From assembly GCF_009914755.1 (NCBI RefSeq), contig NC_060929.1: 64,000 nt of DNA; one strand, 5' to 3'. This document shows, piece after piece, positions 1-11,880 of the stretch. Position 1 is the stretch's first letter. The number at the start of each line of letters is the position of its first letter. The stretch comes from the human T2T-CHM13v2.0 reference genome, Homo sapiens. Below the pieces are notes generated by a model that saw only the letters and a list, made by a program, of their open reading frames with translations, was not told the origin of the DNA and ran no database searches. The position numbers were made by a program, and so were the translations under genes.

Positions 1-709
1 GAATAGACCCTTCAGAAACCTGGCAGGCAGCATCCGGGCCCCACCTCCCACTCTTTATTAACTGACATGTCAAAGAAAAAAGCCATATCATTTTTATGTT
101 CCCATAGCGCAGAAACTAATTTTGGGTATTTTAGGCCAGGGAGATTTATAGATCAGCATCAGAAACTTCTCTTGGGTTCCTGAGAGAGTAGTAACATTCC
201 AGAGTAGGATGGATTTAGTAGCCGCCCTGTTTAAAATACGGGGTCCTGTCAAGCCTATGGGTATCCCTGAGTAACCTTCTATTACGGCCCAGCTGTTCCT
301 TAAAAGAAGTCATGGAAAATGTCAGGGCACTGTGGCAGGTCTCCCCTCCTTTGTGGGATCACCTTGAGGAGTGAAGTTTGAGCAGCAATTCTGCAGGAGG
401 GTTTCTGAGGCTCACAGGAACATTGCCTGCCAAATGCTATTGAAGATGGCCCTTGAGGTTGAACATTTAGTAGAAAGGAAGAGAAAGAGGACCTGGAAAT
501 CAGCCTTTTCAGGGAGACTTGGGAAGGAGGAAGTTGATGTTTCAGAGCACAAGTGAAAAGATGATATAAGGTTAAATCAAGAATTCATTTGTTTAAATTT
601 TTGGTGTTAAGAACAAATATTTGTTGTTCATTTATTGGCCAAGGAGAAATAAAGGTATAATTGTCATTTGGCTGGGTTAACTACTTTTTGATAGCCACAG
701 AAGGAAGCT

Positions 710-1406
710 TTTTTATTTTATTTTTCCATTAGTTATTGGGGTACAGGTGGTATTTGGTTACATGAGTAAGTTCTTTAGTGGTGATTTATGAGATCCTGGT
801 GCCCCCATCACCTGAGCAGTATATACTGCACTATATCTGTAGCCTTTTATCCCTTGCCCCTTTGTATCATTCTTTTGCCTTTGTATCCTCATAGCTTAGC
901 TCCCACATATCAGTGAGAACATATGGTGTTTAGTTTTCCATTCCTGAGTTACTTCACTTAGAGTAATAGTCTCTAATCTCATCTAGGTCACTGGAAGTGC
1001 TGTTAATTCATTCCTTTTTATGGCTGAGTAGTATTCCATTTTATATATATATATATCACAGTTTCTTTATCCTTTTATTGATTGATGGGCATTTGGATTG
1101 GTTCCATGATTTTGCAATTGTGAATTGTGCTGCTATAAACAGCATGTGCAAGTATCTTTTTCGAATAATGACTTCTTTTCCTCTGGGTAGATACCTAGCA
1201 GTGGGATTGCTGGATCAAATGGTAGTTCTATTTTTAGTTCTTTAAGGAATCCCCACACTGTTTTCCATAGTGGCTGTACTAGTTTACATTCCCACCAGCA
1301 GTGTAGAAGTGTTCCCTGTTCGCTGCATCCATGGCAACATCTACGGTCTTTTGATGCTTTGATTGTGGCCATTCTTGCAGGAGTAAGGTAGTATTGCATT
1401 GTGGTT
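710..1406 (-). mobile_element. L1 3' fragment (L1PB-type), 5'-truncated
   Basis: Poly-T head followed by 'ttattggggtacaggtggtatttggttacatgagtaagttctttagtggtgattt', the reverse complement of an L1PB 3' UTR. ORF 1133-1399(-) gives the ORF2 C-terminal Cys-rich region ([19 protein letters not shown]...[11 protein letters not shown]). Confidence 0.92.
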
Positions 1407-1534
1407 AAAACGAAGTTTTTAAAACCTTATATCCACCTGCACCATTTCCTCTTTATTCTGAGGAAGGTGATAACAACATATTTGTTCCATGAGGTCCTTA
1501 AGCTGTACAACTAGATCTTTAAGGAATACTTCAT

Positions 1535-2080
<546 letters not shown>

Positions 2081-2219
2081 TTAGGAAGATTCTTGGAGAA
2101 GCACCAGGAACAATGGAAATGGATGACTAACTGGATGGACTACAAGAAGGGTGAAAGCAAGGATGTGGAAACTGCCACTATTGGCTCTACAAAGAGATGT
2201 GATGGAAGTCTGGTCATCT

Positions 2220-2340
2220 CTTAGAAAGCACCGTGAGAACAAGTACTGTGCCTTGTTTTGCTTACCACATTTCCAGTGCCTGGAACATTGTGGTACATAG
2301 GGTGTGACTATTTGGTGAACGAGTAAATGAATGAATGAAC
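2220..2340 (+). mobile_element. L2 3' end
   Basis: 'ccagtgcctggaacattgtggtacatag...aaatgaatgaatgaa', the typical L2 terminus. Confidence 0.65.
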
Positions 2341-2366
2341 ACTAAGTCCAAGTTCACATCCCCGTT

Positions 2367-2741
2367 TGTGTTAGTGCGTTCTCATGCTGCTAATAAGGAC
2401 ATACCCAAGACTAAGTAGTTTATAAAAGAAAGAGGTTTAACTGACTCACAGTTCAGCATGGCTAGGGAGGCCTCAGGAAACTTACAATCATGGTGAAAGA
2501 GGGAAGCAAACACGTCCTTCTTCTCATGGTGGCAGCAAGAAGTGCAGAGCGAAGTTGGGGAAAAGCCCTTTATAAAACTGTCAGATCTTGTGAGAACTCA
2601 CTCACGACCACAAGAAGAGCATGGAGGTAACCGCCCCCATGATTCAATTACCTCCCACTAGGGCTCTCCCATGACACATGGGGATTATGGGAACTACAAT
2701 TCAAGATGAGATTTGGGTGGGGACACAGCCAAACCATATCA
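2367..2741 (-). mobile_element. THE1C-like solo LTR (ERVL-MaLR)
   Basis: Ends in 'gggacacagccaaaccatatca', the reverse complement of the THE1 start TGATATGGTTTGG. TG...CA termini and a 5-bp TSD ccgtt (2362-2366) / ctgtt (2742-2746). Confidence 0.95.
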
Positions 2742-2786
2742 CTGTTCTCCATGGAGATTTGTCTAATCCATTCTGATTCCTCTCTT

Positions 2787-2841
2787 TGTGTGTGTATGTT
2801 GGGTGTGTGTGTGTGTTGGGGGTGTGTGGGTGTAGGTGTGT
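2787..2841. repeat. Degenerate TG-rich simple repeat
   Basis: tgtgtgtgtatgttgggtgtgtgtgtgtgttgggggtgtgtggg. Confidence 0.7.
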
Positions 2842-4158
2842 ACAGTTTGCTATCTACAGATAGTAGAGGCAGGAGTTATGACTTACACTTCTCTGGAGTC
2901 TTTCCCTGCCCTCCTCTCACCACTTCTGACATTTCAAACAAACGCCATCCTTAGACACACATTAGTGACTAAACACATACACATTAAATTGGAATTGAAA
3001 ACAGTGCAGTGCCTTCGTGGAGCAGAGTAAGCAGATGGAGTTATAGATTTGTGGAAATTCACCCTGTCCACAGTTGGGCTGAATTTTCTGTGCTCCCCTA
3101 ATCATTTCAGGAGTCTCAGGGCTTGGCAGAGACTGGCTTGTCCTTTTCTGTAGAATGTCTGCACCAACTTAAGCACGGTTGTCATGTGTTTAAAGTTCCC
3201 TTGTTGCCTTCCATGAGACATATATTCTCCCCAGTTTAACTTTGGTTGAAGCAGTTTACAAATCTCTGCCAACAGAGAAAATCCTTGAGCTTTCCCCACT
3301 TTTTGAATGGGCAACCTGAAGATAAATTCAGTTGTTTCTCCAGACTTTGTTTTCAAAGTTGAACAGGTATCAGAAATATGACTCCAGCCTGATCATATTT
3401 CATGGCCACCACAAGTGGCTGCTAAGAGATTTCGCTTAAGTCTGCAGCTGGGGCTAGTTGGGTGCTTGCCAAGAATAAGGGCATGATATATTTGTGTGGT
3501 GTATATGAAAGTCTGTTTTTATAGGTATAATATTCATATATATTGCTTTGGGATTAAGGGAAGGGTGTAAATACCTTGTGGGTTTATTCTCCTTTCTGTC
3601 TACTTGGCCTTCAGCTGGGTCCTAGAGATGACATATCCCCAGAAAAAGCCAGAACTTGATAGTGATGCCTTCAAAGAGGGAAATTCTGATGCCATATATA
3701 AGGCTAGGTTAGGTATTAGGCAGAGTGATATTAAGATTTGTCAATGCACAGTTAAATCACAAATAACCATCAATGTTCCTACATTTTTGTTGGGAGCTTC
3801 AGGTACTATTTTCACTCCTGTCATCACTCATCATATGGCCTAATGCCTTAGTCTGGGTATCTCCACTAAGGAAATGGCTCATGGAAGATTTCCAACAGCA
3901 CTCCCTCCCCTTCTTATTTAACAAAATTTCTATAAAGAAGATAGAATTTCAGGAACTGTTTGAAAAAGAAAAAGAGAGGCCTTTGTGACTTAAGTTTTCT
4001 ATCTAACTCCATTTCCCAATTCTTTAACACAAATTTGCATCCACCTTTAAAGCGCCTGACATGGTATCTAGCTCAGTACGTTGCATATAGAGAGCACTCA
4101 TTAAATATTTTTGAGCCTTCCTAGGTTTAAAATATCTTATATTGCAAGAGTTTATACT

Positions 4159-4462
<304 letters not shown>

Positions 4463-6183
4463 AGAATTTGTACTTTTCAGAGAACAGAGGTTAGAGGACA
4501 GTGGAGGGAGACCGAGTGTATGTATGTGTGTGTGTTTCTGTGTGTGACTTAGGCACTGAGAAAACTGTGTGGCTACAGGGGACAATGATAACCATGGTGC
4601 CCTGAGCTCTTCCTGTGTGACAGGCACTGTCCCATGCATGGGCTTTGCCAGCATTATCAAATCTACTGCTCAAAAGTTTACAATGGCCGCAAGGTAGGCA
4701 CTGTTTTGCAGATGAGGAATTGATATTTTAAAAGGTGAGGCAACTTGTTCAAGGTCAAACAGCTAATAAGTGGCAAAGTTTCTCCTGCCTCTGGAGCTGG
4801 AGTTCTTTGTAACATTACTCTTCTTGGAGTCCCTGAGAGGTTAAACACACAAACAACAACAACAGCTCTGAGGACTTGGGACCTTTCTCAGCTGTGGAAA
4901 TGTTCAATGAACACCAGCTCCTTGAAAGCCTGAGTGAAACATGACTGTGGGCTGGACTCAGAGGTTCAGGCTTTGTTAGTGGAGTGAACTTGTGAACTCC
5001 ATCAGAGCTGGCCAGCGTGCTGCTCCTCAGGAGGTTGGGAATGACTTGTGAAGAGGTCTGTGAGCCCAAAAGATGTGGTTTTTCTGGTGCTGCTCTCCTG
5101 ACCCATCTGCAGGGACCAGTCCCATATCAGATTCTCGGACCTGGCCTAGGGGGCTCCCCGCTGTAAGCCTGGGCTTTCTGGATATACCCTTGTCTGTGGA
5201 TCTGCCTCCTCCTAAAGCTGCTCTAATTCCTTGTTGATGGAGTGGCTGTTTACTATTGAACACTCTGTTGGCAGGATGCCTCCTGAGTGTTTTAGAAAGA
5301 GGTATCTCATCTGTTGTGGATGAAGGGCTATTTGCCCAACAATGTCTGTTCTCTTTCTCATCCTCTTTCAGTTTCCCCTCACAATGTCTACAGAGCATCT
5401 TGATCTGCTTTTGAGGATTGGGTCTGTAACCCTTGGACTACTAATTTAGCTACCTCTGGCCCTAATCATCTTAGAAATGAACCTGGGATCTGGATATTCA
5501 GCCTAGGGGCAGGAAGCCAGTTTAAATACCTCAAAGAATAACCAATCAAGTGATTAAAGAAACACTTTGCAAACTGAGATCGATAGCCTAAGCTCAACCC
5601 TCACTTAAAGTCGTAACACCAATATAATCAATTTCAGGAGGCATTAGCTTGCTCCATCAAGGAGAATCAAGCCATGTTATCTTCATGTGGGCTGCATACA
5701 TGATGCATAATAGGAATTTAAGTGAGTGAAATCTCAAAGAGAAGAGGAATTCCATGAACAGCTCATCAGTCAAAGATGACAATAAAATGTCTACCTGCTT
5801 AATGGAATGGGTCTCACTTGCTGCTTCCAGGAAGCTGGTTAATTCAATTTGTCAGGCCAGGCAGACGCTAGGGACCCAGGCTCCTCTCTAGAACTCATAA
5901 GGAACTATATTGCATTCTGATGCCTTTAGTTTCTCACTTCCTTTCAGCAGCATGTACAACAGGATCCATTGGCCCCAAAAGTGGTATTAGGAGGAGGCTC
6001 CTCTGAACTGGCAAAGAATAAACTTAGTGCTGAAGAAATTTGGCTAAACTATGACCTCACATGTAGTCACCTTCCTACCATCCTGGAACTCCTTGCTTGC
6101 TGCTAGGAGACCTTTGAGATGTCCCTGTATGGTGAAGCCACCAAGGAGTGATATCTGACTCTGACTCTGATGGTTACTTTCTT

Positions 6184-6273
6184 TTTTTTCTTTTTTTCTT
6201 CTTTTTTTTTTGAGATGGAGTCTCGCTGTGTTGCCAGGCTGGAGTGCAGTGGCGTGATCTTGGCTCACTGCAA
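6184..6273 (-). mobile_element. Severely 5'-truncated Alu (last ~62 nt plus tail)
   Basis: 'gagatggagtctcgctgtgttgccaggctggagtgcagtggcgtgatcttggctcactgcaa' flanked by a perfect 15-bp TSD gatggttactttctt (6169-6183, 6274-6288). Confidence 0.93.
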
Positions 6274-8764
6274 GATGGTTACTTTCTTATGTAGAATTAA
6301 GATTCATTTTGCCCCAAATTGAAACACATTTTCTTTTTGTGTACCTAACTTCCTTACTAAGTCTTCCTTGATTGTGGAAGAAAAGGTAGTAAATTTCCCA
6401 TGAACCTACCCATTCTCAACAATAAAAGACTCCCCTTGCTCTTCATGAATACATTATCCCACGATAATATTTACTTAGATATTTGCCTCTGCAGGATGTT
6501 TAGTTTGGGTGAATATTGCTCAGAGACATTTAGAAGATGCAGAAATAAAAAATCAGGCAATGACTTGGTTTGGCATGTAGATGTAAGAAATGTAGTATAA
6601 GCATGGTGCTTTTTAGAGGGCAGACATGTGCAGGCATAGCCTGACTTTCTGACCCAAAAAAGTAAAAGTTCAGGACAGCAGGATGACTTTTGGGAATGCT
6701 CAGATTATTTGAGAGCATTTGTGTTTCGTGAACGACCTAGTTATTATTCTTGAGGCTGCACAGCTACAGGCAATGGTCTCCAAAAGGTAGCTCTGAGTGC
6801 TTACAACAAGCAGGGTTATTTAAGAACTTTCCTGGGGCCCTGGGGCACTATTGAATATCAATAGCCGGTTCCAGGTTGGGAGTGAGAGCAGTGTACAGTT
6901 ACAGGAATGAGTGCCGACATTTTTCATGCCTGGCCTGCCATCCTAGCAAGCTGCTTGGGTAAACAACATCTAAATTTTACAGGCTTTGAACATGTGGCAC
7001 TCCACTTATACAGCAGGACATTTGAATTGATTGGTAATTTTGAATAAGCAAGATTTCTTGTTGAGTTCACTAGAATTTCTTTGTCATATGTTTTAGATTT
7101 TCAAAGCAGTGAACCAGGAGGCTTAGAGCTTCCAGTATTAGTGGAACCAGATCTGAACAATGCCAAAGACCAAGATCTTAGAAAATTAAATAATCTTTGC
7201 AACATGGGTAATGCTTATCACTTCAGAAGGCAGAAGGCTTGATGGAGGACTTTTGCGCAAAGTTAATTGAATCCAGCTGCTGCCCTCCTCAGTCTGGATT
7301 GGACATGATCTTGGTAGTGGTTTCATTTCTTACCATTTTGCTGCAAGTTTTTTTTGTTTGTTTGTTTGTTTTTAGAAAATACCGTGTTGCTTTTATCTTG
7401 TTCCTATCCTCATGCTCTCCATTGCAAGTGAAAGGAAAGAAGGAAGGAAGGAAGGAAGAAAGGAAAGAAAGAATCTCCAATCCTTTCTAGATTAGTGATA
7501 ATGGGACCCCTGTAGGTTTGACTTTATTTAGAGTTGGCATTACTTCAAACTAGAAGGCAAATCCCAAGGTCTGGAGATCAGGTCAATGGAAATGTGGAGG
7601 ACTTAGAATTTTTCCCACAGTAAATGAAATGAGCAATCAGCTTAGACAACTCCCAAAGGCACTGTAGAATATGTGTTGTACAAGTGAATCTATACATCTT
7701 TGCACACAAAACGCATCCTAGACTGCCCTGTTGAGTGCTGTTCCCAACCTCTCCTTTCCTTACACAAACTTAATTTACCCAGCGATTCCAGTTCCCTCCT
7801 CCTCTGGATTCAAGTCATGCTTCTGTAATCTGTGCAGTTTAGAACTCATGCCATCCCTGCATTGTTTTACCCATGTCTCTCTTCTTCATCAGGATCAGAA
7901 ACTCGTCTCTGGGGCTAGTTGTCTGGAATGAGACGGGCACCATATTTTAGCCTACTTTTCTAAATCCCACAGAATCAAACACACTGCTGGGCACATAATT
8001 ATGTACAATAAATCCTTACTGATTAATTTAATCACTATAGTATATAGTGGAAAGGGACTAGAACCAAAAGAGCCAAGAGTTCTGGTCCTCATGCTTCAGT
8101 TTTCTCACCAATAGGCTGAGGGAGATGGATAAGATTCAGTGGTTTTCAAACTTTTTTTTTTAACCTTGGAATTTTTTTTCAAGAGAAGTCTTATTTTATC
8201 TAAAGCACCGGTAGGCAAGCATTTATTTTAAATGTTCTCTTTTGAAAGTTTACATTTATCCTGGTAACCGATTAGTCAATCAGTGTGTGTAAAGAGGCTT
8301 TCTTTATAAACAAAACATTGGAAATCAGAGGTTATGGTGGCAGCTGGTGTCTTACATCAGCCTCAGCACCTGATGTGTTTGGTTTAGGTTATACAATCCT
8401 AAGAAAACCCAGATTCACACAGAGGCTATTTGCAAATAAAGTTTTTCTTTTTTAAACAGGTCATCCTGTTATTTCAAGAAACCCACCAGTTAAACCTTTC
8501 CAGACATTACAAGAAGGATGGGAGGACATTTTCAATTAACGTTTTAATTGCTATTGGCTTCTAACACCAGACAATATTTATTATCTCATGAACATCAGAT
8601 GAAAAAGTATCCATGTTTTATTATGTGAAAACGATAAGATGTTTTTAACACGTCCCACTGTGTCTGCTTATTTCTTGTTAAACAGCTGATAAAAACACTG
8701 CGGCGAGACACACACTTAGGACATGCCAATTAATTAATGTGAGTTTTATTAAAATATAAAGATA

Positions 8765-9075
8765 AGCCTAAGGTGACTGGAAACTCATAGAATGGTACAC
8801 TTAAGATTTGCACATTTTATTCAGTGTAAATTTAACCTAAAAAAGGAACAATATTGAACTCTAGTTTAAATATGCATATTGATGTGTTTAGGGGTGAAGT
8901 ATACTGATGTTTGCAACTTTGAATATATCAAAGAAATTAAATGGACTACAGCGTGGATAGAGCTGGGTAGTTGGACAGATATATGGTAAAGCAATATAGG
9001 AAAATGTTCTTGCTCACTGTACAATTCTTTCAACTTTTCTGTTTGACAATTTTTATGATAAAATATTGAGGAAAA
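8765..9075 (+). mobile_element. Old L1M (L1MC/ME-type) 3' end
   Basis: 'gtacacttaagatttgcacatttt...aatattgaactctagtt...ttcaacttttctgtttgacaatttttatgataaaatattgaggaaaa'. Confidence 0.75.
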
Positions 9076-9779
9076 TGTAACTCAAAAGACAAATCTTTAT
9101 CTGAAGTGTATTTCAAACATATGTCATCTTACATGATTTTAATTTTGCATCCAACATGGAAGTCTTCCTGGTAAATGGAATTTCTAAAAACCGGGATGAT
9201 TTTAAGCCATTCTTGAGAGTGACAACCAGCCAACTGGTTCTAATGATGGCAGTGGGAGAGATTTCATATCACTGATGTGATATCAGCCAAGAGAAAAAGC
9301 TGTAAGTTTTGTTTTGTGATGCCTGGCGCTTCAGGCTGTGTGACTGCCAGCACAAAAATCACAACCTGTGAGCAGGCAGAGAATTCTACACTATTGCAGT
9401 TATTTCTGGTCCAGCTTGGGAAACGGCACTCAGAGCAGGCAGGATCTCCCTGGACCATGAACCTGATTCCTCCTCTGTTTATTTCCTAGAGAATGACTTA
9501 CCTCGTCCTCATCACCATAAGGGAATTCGTGAGGCTTTGCATTGCTGGAAACTAACACTCCAGTGAAGAGACACTGGGTGGAACCTCAGGCACCTGGGAG
9601 AGTGGAGGTTGAAGCAGCTTTTCTGAGTCCCACTTCCAAGCAGGATTAGCCCAGTGTCTACTTGATGAAGCTTCCTATTCCTCAGCATCACAGAGAATAT
9701 TTCAGATGCTGAGGAAGGACACCAGAATGTATGTGCAGTCTCCAAATTTGTCTCCTTGCACCTTCCTTCTCCTTTCCCC

Positions 9780-10150
9780 TCAATCTACCCAATTTACACA
9801 TCCAGTTTAATCATCTAAAATATCACTTTTGCTCTTTTCCCCCTTAAAACTGTTCTCTTCCAAATGCTTTAGTGGCTTGCCATTACTTACAGGATAATGT
9901 ATTATTAATATCTTTAACCTCTCACTCAAGGTCCTAATGAATATAGCTCTAATCTGTGTTTTTAGATTTAGTTTTCTCAACTCTTTAGAAACTTCTTCTG
10001 CTGCCGCTAGATTGGCACCCCACTGCCCCCCTCCACTCCTCTCACTTCCTACATATACTGTAAAAATTCTATTCTATATGAGAGGTTTGCATGCTTTGCT
10101 CCCTTCCACCTCATCCATCCAAATCCTGTCAGCTGAGGTCATTCTTTTTC
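9780..10150 (+). mobile_element. L2 fragment
   Basis: 'cttaaaactg...ttagtggcttgccattacttacaggata...tcaaggtcct' and 'tttgcatgctttgctcccttcc' resemble the L2 3' region. Confidence 0.5.
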
Positions 10151-10221
10151 CCTCCGAGTTTCTGTATCTGTTAGGATGCTTTGGACTGCAAGTAACAGAA
10201 CACAAGAAGCCAAGTATCAAC

Positions 10222-10409
10222 CATTGGTTTTTAAGCTGTAGCATGCATTAAAATACGAGGAGGGCCTGTGAAACCACAAATTGCTGCTCCCAACTCCCCA
10301 ATTTTCTGATTAGGCAGCACAGGGGTAAAGCCGAAAAATTTGTATTTCGAACAAGTTCCTAGGTAAGGCTAATGCTGTTGGTCAGGGGGAACACACTTTA
10401 TGAACCACT
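10222..10409. mobile_element. MER5A (hAT-Charlie MITE)
   Basis: 'tttctgattaggcagcacaggggtaaagccgaaaaatttgtatttcgaacaagttcctaggt...gaaccactg'. Confidence 0.75.
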
Positions 10410-10458
10410 GGCTTACACAATGGGAAATTTATTGTCTCACTCAACAAGACATCTAGAA

Positions 10459-10636
10459 CGGTGGTTCTCAAACTCAGCTGCACAACATAACCACCTGGAA
10501 GTATTTTTAAAATCCTGATGATCACACCTCATCACTTACCAATGAAATGAGATCCTCTAGGGGTGAGATCCATGCATCCATATTTTAAAAAACACTCCAG
10601 GTGTTTACAGTATGCAACCAAGTTTTGAGTCCACTG
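10459..10636. mobile_element. MER5A/B (hAT-Charlie MITE)
   Basis: Termini cggtggttctcaaact ... agttttgagtccactg, with an 8-bp hAT-type TSD atctagaa / gtctagag. Confidence 0.8.
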
Positions 10637-10986
10637 GTCTAGAGGCAGGGAGGTTGCAGTTCTAGTTACTTCATTGGTCCAGCAGTGTCATCATGGACCC
10701 ATTTCCTTCCATCTTTCTCTTCTGCCTTCCTCTGGGTATTAGCCCTTGTTGACTTTTTCTTTCACCATCACACATTGCTTGCACCTGTTCAAACCTTCCT
10801 CCTTTAAAAACAGCATCCAAAGCTTGGAAAAGGAAAAAGCACATACACCTTCCTTTCGTCTTTTTAAACCTATAGAAAATGTTCCTGGAAGCCTCCCGAC
10901 ACCTCCACATATCTGTGACCTGAACTGAATCACATGACCGACCCTAGGCCAATCACTGAGAAGGGAATGAAATGTTGACTTAGACC

Positions 10987-11157
10987 ATCGATTCCCAGAA
11001 TTAGCAGTACATTACAATCACCCAGAGAAGTTTGAAAACGATTGGATTTTGGATTTTATGTCTGACCCACTAAATCAGAGTCTAGAGATGGGGCCCAGTT
11101 ATGGAAGTTTTAAACTACCCTCCAGGTGATTATAATGTGCAGGCAGAATTTAGAACC
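10987..11157. mobile_element. MER5-family MITE
   Basis: 'cattacaatcacccagagaagtttgaaaa...ctaaatcagagtctagagatggggcccag...tccaggtgattataatgtgcag'. Confidence 0.7.
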
Positions 11158-11254
11158 GGAGGCGGAGCTTGCAGTGAGCCGAGATCGCTCCACTGTATTC
11201 CAGCCCGGGTGACAGAGCAAGACTCTGTCTCAAAAAAAAAAAAAAAAAAAAAAA
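11153..11254 (+). mobile_element. 5'-truncated AluY-like fragment with pure poly-A tail
   Basis: 'ggaggcggagcttgcagtgagccgagatcgc' carries the Y-diagnostic GAGCTTG and retains CpGs. An uninterrupted A-run follows. Confidence 0.88.
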
Positions 11255-11275
11255 GAACAATCAAGATTCATCCCT

Positions 11276-11581
11276 GGCCGGGTGTGATGGCTCACGCCTG
11301 GTAATCCCAGCACTTTGGGAGGCCCAGGCAGGCAGATCACTTGAGGTCAGAGTTTGAGACCAGCATGGCCAACACGGCAAAACCCCGTCTTTACTAAAAA
11401 TACAAAAATTAGCTAGATGTGGTGGCACACGCCTATAATCCCAGCTACTCAGGAGGCTGAGGCACGATAATTGCTCGAATCTGGGAGGTGAAGATTGCAG
11501 TGAGCTGAGATGGCATCATTGCACTCCAGCCTGAGTGACAGAGCGAGACTGTCTTAAAAAATAATAATTAAAAATAAATAA
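11276..11581 (+). mobile_element. AluS (Sx/Sz-like), full length
   Basis: Dimeric Alu. TSD attcatccct (11266-11275) / attcatcccct (11582-11592). Confidence 0.95.
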
Positions 11582-11764
11582 ATTCATCCCCTAGAGCTGT
11601 GAAGCAGCTCACTCAGCCCCTTAGGAAAACGCATAGCCACTTGGTGCTTGAACAAAATCAACGTTCTCTTAGCCGGGAGAAGGGGTATTGGCTATTGGAG
11701 AGACAACTGTCACTCACCGGACATCCATATGCTGTCATGTATAGCTAATCAGCAGTGTCTGGGC

Positions 11765-11880
11765 TTTCACCCCCATTGAGAGCAGAACTCTGCTCCATTT
11801 CTCTATGCTCCTAACAAGTTCTTATCTTAGTGCCTTGCACAGAATAGGTATTCAGTACATATTTGTTTATTATTTATTGC
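11765..11880 (+). mobile_element. L2 3' end
   Basis: 'tagtgccttgcacagaataggtattcagtacatatttgtt'. Confidence 0.6.

Larger units (their letters stand above)
10163..11712 (-). mobile_element. Old MLT1 (K/L-like) LTR, interrupted by MER5 elements and Alus
   Basis: Collinear pieces: 'tgttaggatgctttggactgcaagtaacagaa', 'gcttacacaatgggaaatttattgtctcac', 'cagtgtcatcatggacccatttccttccatc', 'tcacatgaccgaccctaggccaatcactg', 'tgaacaaaatcaacgttctcttagccgggagaagggg'. Confidence 0.7.
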
